Shown here: in pieces, positions 59,702-64,000 of the stretch
Position numbering within the stretch: the stretch's first letter is position 1
How the letters are laid out: the number at the start of each line of letters is the position of its first letter
Origin: an uncultured Pseudomonadota bacterium
Lineage (GTDB): Bacteria; UBA10199; JADFYH01
NCBI GenBank assembly: GCA_964384365.1
Contig: CAYLKF010000001.1
Location: 212,079 to 276,078 of the forward strand
Direction: 5' to 3'
DNA: 64,000 nt
Made by a program: the position numbers and the translations under genes
Notes under the pieces: generated by a model
Seen by the model: the letters and a program-made list of their open reading frames with translations, nothing else
Database searches by the model: none
Told to the model about the DNA's origin: nothing

Positions 59702-61411
59702 TTATTCTCTCATCTGATCTTCTTGTGTAACTCGGAGCAACTCTTCAATGGTTGTTTCTCCCGCCAAAACTTTTCGCGCTCCATCTTCACGCAGAGTAAG
59801 CATTCCTTTTTCCATCGCACGTCGCTTAATCCGGCCGGCCTCGACCCCTTTCATAATCATGGAACGAAGTTCATCATCCATCACCAAAATTTCATGAATA
59901 CCGGTTCTACCGGCATAGCCCGTATCTAAGCAGGCAGGGCAACCTTTGGCCTTGAAAACAAATTTATCGACAACCTTCGCGGGATCTAAGCCTATCTGCG
60001 CCAGCTCCTCGGCACTAGGTTTATAACGAGCGCCACATTCTTTACAGACTGTTCGCAAAAGACGTTGCGCCATAATGGCGATCACCGATGAGGAAACCAA
60101 AAAAGGCTCCACACCCATATCGATCAAACGCGCAATCGAAGAGGCCGAGTCGTTGGTATGTAAGGTTGAAATAACCAAGTGTCCGGTGAGTGATGCCTGA
60201 ATTGCAATTTCGGCGGTTTCACGATCTCGAATTTCTCCGATCATCACTACGTCTGGATCTTGACGCAAAATCGATCGCAAACCGGTTGCAAAAGTAAGAT
60301 CGATCTTCGGGTTCACTTGAATCTGGTTAATACCCGGAATTTGATATTCAACAGGATCTTCAACCGTGATGATTTTCAAATCGGTGGAGTTAATCTGAGA
60401 AAGCATGGCATATAGAGTTGTCGTTTTACCAGATCCGGTAGGCCCTGTGACCAAGATAATTCCGTGACTTTTATGGATTAAACTTTCGACGGTCTTTAAA
60501 TTCTGCCCTTCAATTCCAATAACTCCCAGAGAAAGAACAACTTTACTCTTATCGAGGAGACGCATCACAACCGATTCTCCAAAACTCGTAGGCAAAGTCG
60601 AAACACGAATATCGATATCTTTTCCTGCAATTTTAATACGAATACGCCCGTCTTGAGGGAGTCGCTTCTCCGCAATATTGAGATTAGCCATAATTTTAAT
60701 ACGACTAATCACCGAATTTTGAACTTTTTTAGGCGGATGCATAATATCGTAGAGCACCCCATCGATTCGAAAACGCACGACCAAATCTCGCTCAAAGGGC
60801 TCAACGTGAATATCGGAGGCTTTCGACTTTACAGCGCGAGAGAGCAAACTATTTACAAGTTTAATGATAGGCGCTTCATCAGAAACATCTAACAAATCTT
60901 GCGGTTCTTGAAGTTCTTGAGCCAGGGTATCTAGATTTTCTTCCGAAAGATCTTCCATCACGGCCTGATCGGTTTCGGTGTTTCGATTATAAACTTCGTT
61001 AATGGTTTCTAAGATTTGAGAGGAGCTCGCAATAACGGGCTTGATCGAAAGATTGAGCAAAACATGTAAATCGTCTAGGGCATGAATATTAATCGGATCA
61101 GAGATGGCCACTTCGAGATCGTCCCCAACTTTGCGCAAAGGAAGAAGTTCATTTTTCTTCGCATAGTTAATGGGAATTTTCTTGATATAGTCGTAGGGGA
61201 TCTCATCTGTTTTCAGGCGACTTGAATAAGGAATACCCACCTGAATACTAATCGCCTTCAAAATATCTTCGGATTTTAAATAACGAAGCTGAACGAGAGC
61301 TTCTCCTAACTTTATATTCTTTTCCCGCTGAACCAGTAAGCCCTCTTCAAGCTGGGCTTCGGTGAGAGAAGTATTTTCGAGTAAAATATTTCCAAGGCTT
61401 CGATCATCCAT
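59702..61411 (-). CDS. gspE: Type II secretion system ATPase E
   Basis: Walker A GPTGSGKTTT and C-terminal Cys motif. Track start 61468 is a TTG; first ATG at 61411 has GAGGA about 10 nt upstream. Confidence 0.9.
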   Translation of the reverse strand: MDDRSLGNILLENTSLTEAQLEEGLLVQREKNIKLGEALVQLRYLKSEDILKAISIQVGIPYSSRLKTDEIPYDYIKKIPINYAKKNELLPLRKVGDDLEVAISDPINIHALDDLHVLLNLSIKPVIASSSQILETINEVYNRNTETDQAVMEDLSEENLDTLAQELQEPQDLLDVSDEAPIIKLVNSLLSRAVKSKASDIHVEPFERDLVVRFRIDGVLYDIMHPPKKVQNSVISRIKIMANLNIAEKRLPQDGRIRIKIAGKDIDIRVSTLPTSFGESVVMRLLDKSKVVLSLGVIGIEGQNLKTVESLIHKSHGIILVTGPTGSGKTTTLYAMLSQINSTDLKIITVEDPVEYQIPGINQIQVNPKIDLTFATGLRSILRQDPDVVMIGEIRDRETAEIAIQASLTGHLVISTLHTNDSASSIARLIDMGVEPFLVSSSVIAIMAQRLLRTVCKECGARYKPSAEELAQIGLDPAKVVDKFVFKAKGCPACLDTGYAGRTGIHEILVMDDELRSMIMKGVEAGRIKRRAMEKGMLTLREDGARKVLAGETTIEELLRVTQEDQMRE

Positions 61412-61468
61412 AGCTTCAATTTCCTCTTTTGAGAATGATAATATAATCTTCTTCGTCAAAGAGAACAA

Positions 61469-61506
61469 TAAAAAAGGCGTTCCGTTTCGCGGAACGCCTT
61501 TTTTTT
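61469..61506. terminator. Bidirectional intrinsic-terminator-like hairpin between gspD and gspE
   Basis: 9-bp stem GGCGTTCCG / CGGAACGCC, 8-T run on the plus side and A-run (U-tract for the minus strand) on the other; about 15 nt after the gspD stop. Confidence 0.7.
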
Positions 61507-61522
61507 GGACAGATCAAAAAAT

Positions 61523-64000
61523 CTAATCTTTAATATATTGCGAACGAGCTCCACCACTGGGCGTTCCAGGCTCTGGAGCAGGAGGAGAAGAACTGGGCGG
61601 GGGCGAACTCGCACTTGTCGAAGAGCCCGAAGAAATATTCTTCTCTTTCACGCTACTACTTTTCGAACTGACAGGTTTCGCAGCGGGAGGAGGCGCCGAA
61701 GCAGGAGCTGGAGTCGAAGGTACTTCTTCATAGAGCTTCGATTTAGGCGATTGAACTTGCACCGGCTCGTAGGTGTAATCGACCACCTGAACATCTTTCT
61801 TAAACTCCAAAAGCTCCGCCGTATGTGAACGAATCGATTGGCGAATAGCCTTTTGCTGACTCGCTCCATAGTTCTGTTCAATAAACATATTTCGCTCTTC
61901 AACTTTACGTTGCAGAACTTTCAAGAAATCAGTGGTATCACGGATAATATAAGGACGAAGGAAAACTAAGATATTGGTCTTGGTTTTCGTCATGGTTTTT
62001 CGCTTAAAGAGATTCCCTAAAACCGGAATATCTCCCAAGAAAGGAATTTTCTGATCGCGTTGACTGAGCTTATCGTCGATCAAACCACCGATCACCACGG
62101 TTTGTTGATCTTTTGCAACGATTACTGTTTCAACAGCACGCTTGGTCGTGGAGGGTCCTAAAGAAACTAGAACTGCTTCAGAAGTTCCGGGAATAACCGC
62201 TGTAATTTCTTGTTTCACTTTCAAGCGAACCATATCCCCTTCGTTCACTTGAGGAGTAATTTTTAAGGTAATACCCACGTTTTGCCGGGTGACGTTGAAG
62301 GTCGAGTTACCGCCCGAAGTCACCGTGGTACCAGTTGGGAAAGGCTCTTCACTTCCCACTACGATTTCGGCTTCTTCGTTATCGAGCGTTAACAAGTTAG
62401 GTGTCGACAAAACGTTAACGTTACGATCGGTTTGTAGGGCATTCACAATATAACCGAATTTAGGAACGGTAATCGTCGTGGTAGTTCCATCGGCATTGGT
62501 TTGAGTGAAGGTTAGATTGTCATTGGCTACCAAACCTGCCGCACCCGCACCTGAAAGAGCCGCTGCAAGTCCTGTAGAAGTGCCTCCCAGTAACGATCCG
62601 AAAATGTTCGTGCTATTTCCACCAATATCAACCGGCGCTCCGCCTTGTCCACTCACCCCAACATCGCGGTTTTTATCGATACTCAATTCCATAATCACCA
62701 CTTCAACATAAACCTGACGCCTTGGAATATCGAGACGGTTAATCACTTCATCCACTAAAGTTTCATAATCTTTTTGAGTAGAAGTAATAATCAGAGAGTT
62801 GGTGGATTCATCCGCCGCAACCTTGATGCCGCCTTCAAATTCGGCCACAGTGGGAGCTCCACCTGTTTTTGCAGCAGCTGTGGGGGCTCCGGGCGCTGCA
62901 CCAGGGGTAGCTGCTTTGGCGCTGCCTGTTAAAGCCGACAAAACATCCGCCATTTTCTTGGCTTCGGCATTTCTTAAATAATGCACATGTACTTTACCCT
63001 GCGGGCCATCTACTGCTTTATCTAACTGAGCCATCAATTCTCGCACCTTCGGGATCGCACGCTTCGAGGCTAAGATAATCACAGAGTTAGTACGTTCATC
63101 CGGAATAACCTTCGAAATAAACGGGACATCTTCTAAATCACCCGGTTTTGCCGCTCGTTTTCCAGCAGCTCCCCCTTGATCGAGATACAACTTCTGAACT
63201 TTATCAGCTACATCTTTGGCCGAGGCATTTTTCACCTTCACAATTTCGATCATTTGTTCGGGGCCCTGGGTGTCCATCTCCTTAATAATCTTGAGTAGAC
63301 GATCAATGTTGCTACCCGAATCGGTCACGATCAAAGTGTTGGTAGAAGGAATCGCAAAGAGATTTCCTTCTTTTGAAATGAGGGGCTTAATGGCTGAAGA
63401 GATATCGAGCGCACTCACATTTTTAAGACCCATGATGCGGGTAATAAAACTATCGGTAAAGGGAGAATCTTCTTTATAGATCGGAATTGGATTAGTGAGC
63501 GCATCTTTTAAAGGAACAATCTTCACCAACTCACCCGGCCCGGTCACCACCGTAAAACCTAAAACTTCAAGGGCAGAAAGAAACGCTTGATAAGCCTCTT
63601 CGAGAGTCATCTTGCGTTCCGATAAAATGGTTACTTTTCCGCGAACTTTATCGTCGATCAGAAAATTTTTGCCCGCCGCTTTACTGATCTGTTTAATGAT
63701 CTCTCGAATATCGGTATCCACCGCATTCAAAAAGAAACCTTCATCACCCCCTGCATCGGAAGGAGTCAAACCTTGAGGAGCCCCCGCTTTTGGAGGAGTT
63801 GCCGCAGGAGAATTTGTTTTACTCAAATCTTCATACCTCGGCGCCTGGGGAGTTCCGGTAGCCGCAGGGCGACTGGTAGCGGCCGTTGGAGTACCTGAAA
63901 GAGTTGGAGAAGTGGGAATTGTAGGCACACTAGGAACTGTAGGAGCAGCGCTTGGTGCAGGCCGGGAAGTTGCAGGCGTTTGAGTAAACCCGAAGGAAGC
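61523..64000 (-). CDS. gspD: Type II secretion system secretin D, 5' end outside the window
   Basis: Secretin-like N0 and secretin domains. The reading frame stays open from the track's GTG start (63928) to the window edge; C-terminal Ser/Pro-rich tail. Confidence 0.85.
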   Translation of the reverse strand, partial: ASFGFTQTPATSRPAPSAAPTVPSVPTIPTSPTLSGTPTAATSRPAATGTPQAPRYEDLSKTNSPAATPPKAGAPQGLTPSDAGGDEGFFLNAVDTDIREIIKQISKAAGKNFLIDDKVRGKVTILSERKMTLEEAYQAFLSALEVLGFTVVTGPGELVKIVPLKDALTNPIPIYKEDSPFTDSFITRIMGLKNVSALDISSAIKPLISKEGNLFAIPSTNTLIVTDSGSNIDRLLKIIKEMDTQGPEQMIEIVKVKNASAKDVADKVQKLYLDQGGAAGKRAAKPGDLEDVPFISKVIPDERTNSVIILASKRAIPKVRELMAQLDKAVDGPQGKVHVHYLRNAEAKKMADVLSALTGSAKAATPGAAPGAPTAAAKTGGAPTVAEFEGGIKVAADESTNSLIITSTQKDYETLVDEVINRLDIPRRQVYVEVVIMELSIDKNRDVGVSGQGGAPVDIGGNSTNIFGSLLGGTSTGLAAALSGAGAAGLVANDNLTFTQTNADGTTTTITVPKFGYIVNALQTDRNVNVLSTPNLLTLDNEEAEIVVGSEEPFPTGTTVTSGGNSTFNVTRQNVGITLKITPQVNEGDMVRLKVKQEITAVIPGTSEAVLVSLGPSTTKRAVETVIVAKDQQTVVIGGLIDDKLSQRDQKIPFLGDIPVLGNLFKRKTMTKTKTNILVFLRPYIIRDTTDFLKVLQRKVEERNMFIEQNYGASQQKAIRQSIRSHTAELLEFKKDVQVVDYTYEPVQVQSPKSKLYEEVPSTPAPASAPPPAAKPVSSKSSSVKEKNISSGSSTSASSPPPSSSPPAPEPGTPSGGARSQYIKD

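Noticed and set aside
61505-61828. Arg-rich plus-strand ORF 61505..61828
   Set aside because: Antisense to the low-complexity C-terminal coding region of gspD; the Arg richness mirrors the Ser/Pro codons on the other strand.

Overview
64-kb window from a Gram-negative bacterial chromosome (type II secretion operon, AmpG, HemJ; taxon not assignable from sequence alone). Coordinates are approximate to a few nt where I re-chose starts by hand. Most notable region (about 3.7-11.6 kb): a complete Type I restriction-modification operon on the minus strand, hsdM-hsdS-[215-aa protein]-[347-aa SIR2-like protein]-hsdR, with all five genes joined by overlapping or abutting start/stop codons. The inserted SIR2-like protein carries the four ThsA/SIR2-type motifs, and the whole locus is bracketed by 89-bp direct repeats (3 mismatches) that duplicate the 3' end of a neighbouring ABM-family gene. 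I read this as a candidate RM-coupled NADase abortive-infection module, analogous in layout to PrrC inside the EcoprrI locus, and to my knowledge not described in this form. Next to it lie tRNA-Leu(UAA) and tRNA-Cys(GCA) flanking an Avd-like four-helix-bundle gene. The rest is housekeeping and secretome: hybrid histidine kinase, hpt, cytochrome c'-like, NDH-2, GH18 chitinase with tandem CBM2-like modules, aspartase-family lyase, AddAB-like helicase-nuclease, a glnE split into two ORFs, dksA, purD, purH, alr, thiS-thiG-thiC, rlmN and a gspD-to-gspN T2SS operon (gspD runs off the right edge). Several intergenic regions carry long inverted-repeat or block-conserved repeat elements (one with 30-bp perfect arms). 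The ORF track misses a 419-codon minus-strand ORF that runs off the left edge. No CRISPR array, integrase, transposase or rRNA was seen. Product calls rest on motif recognition by eye; no database search was run.
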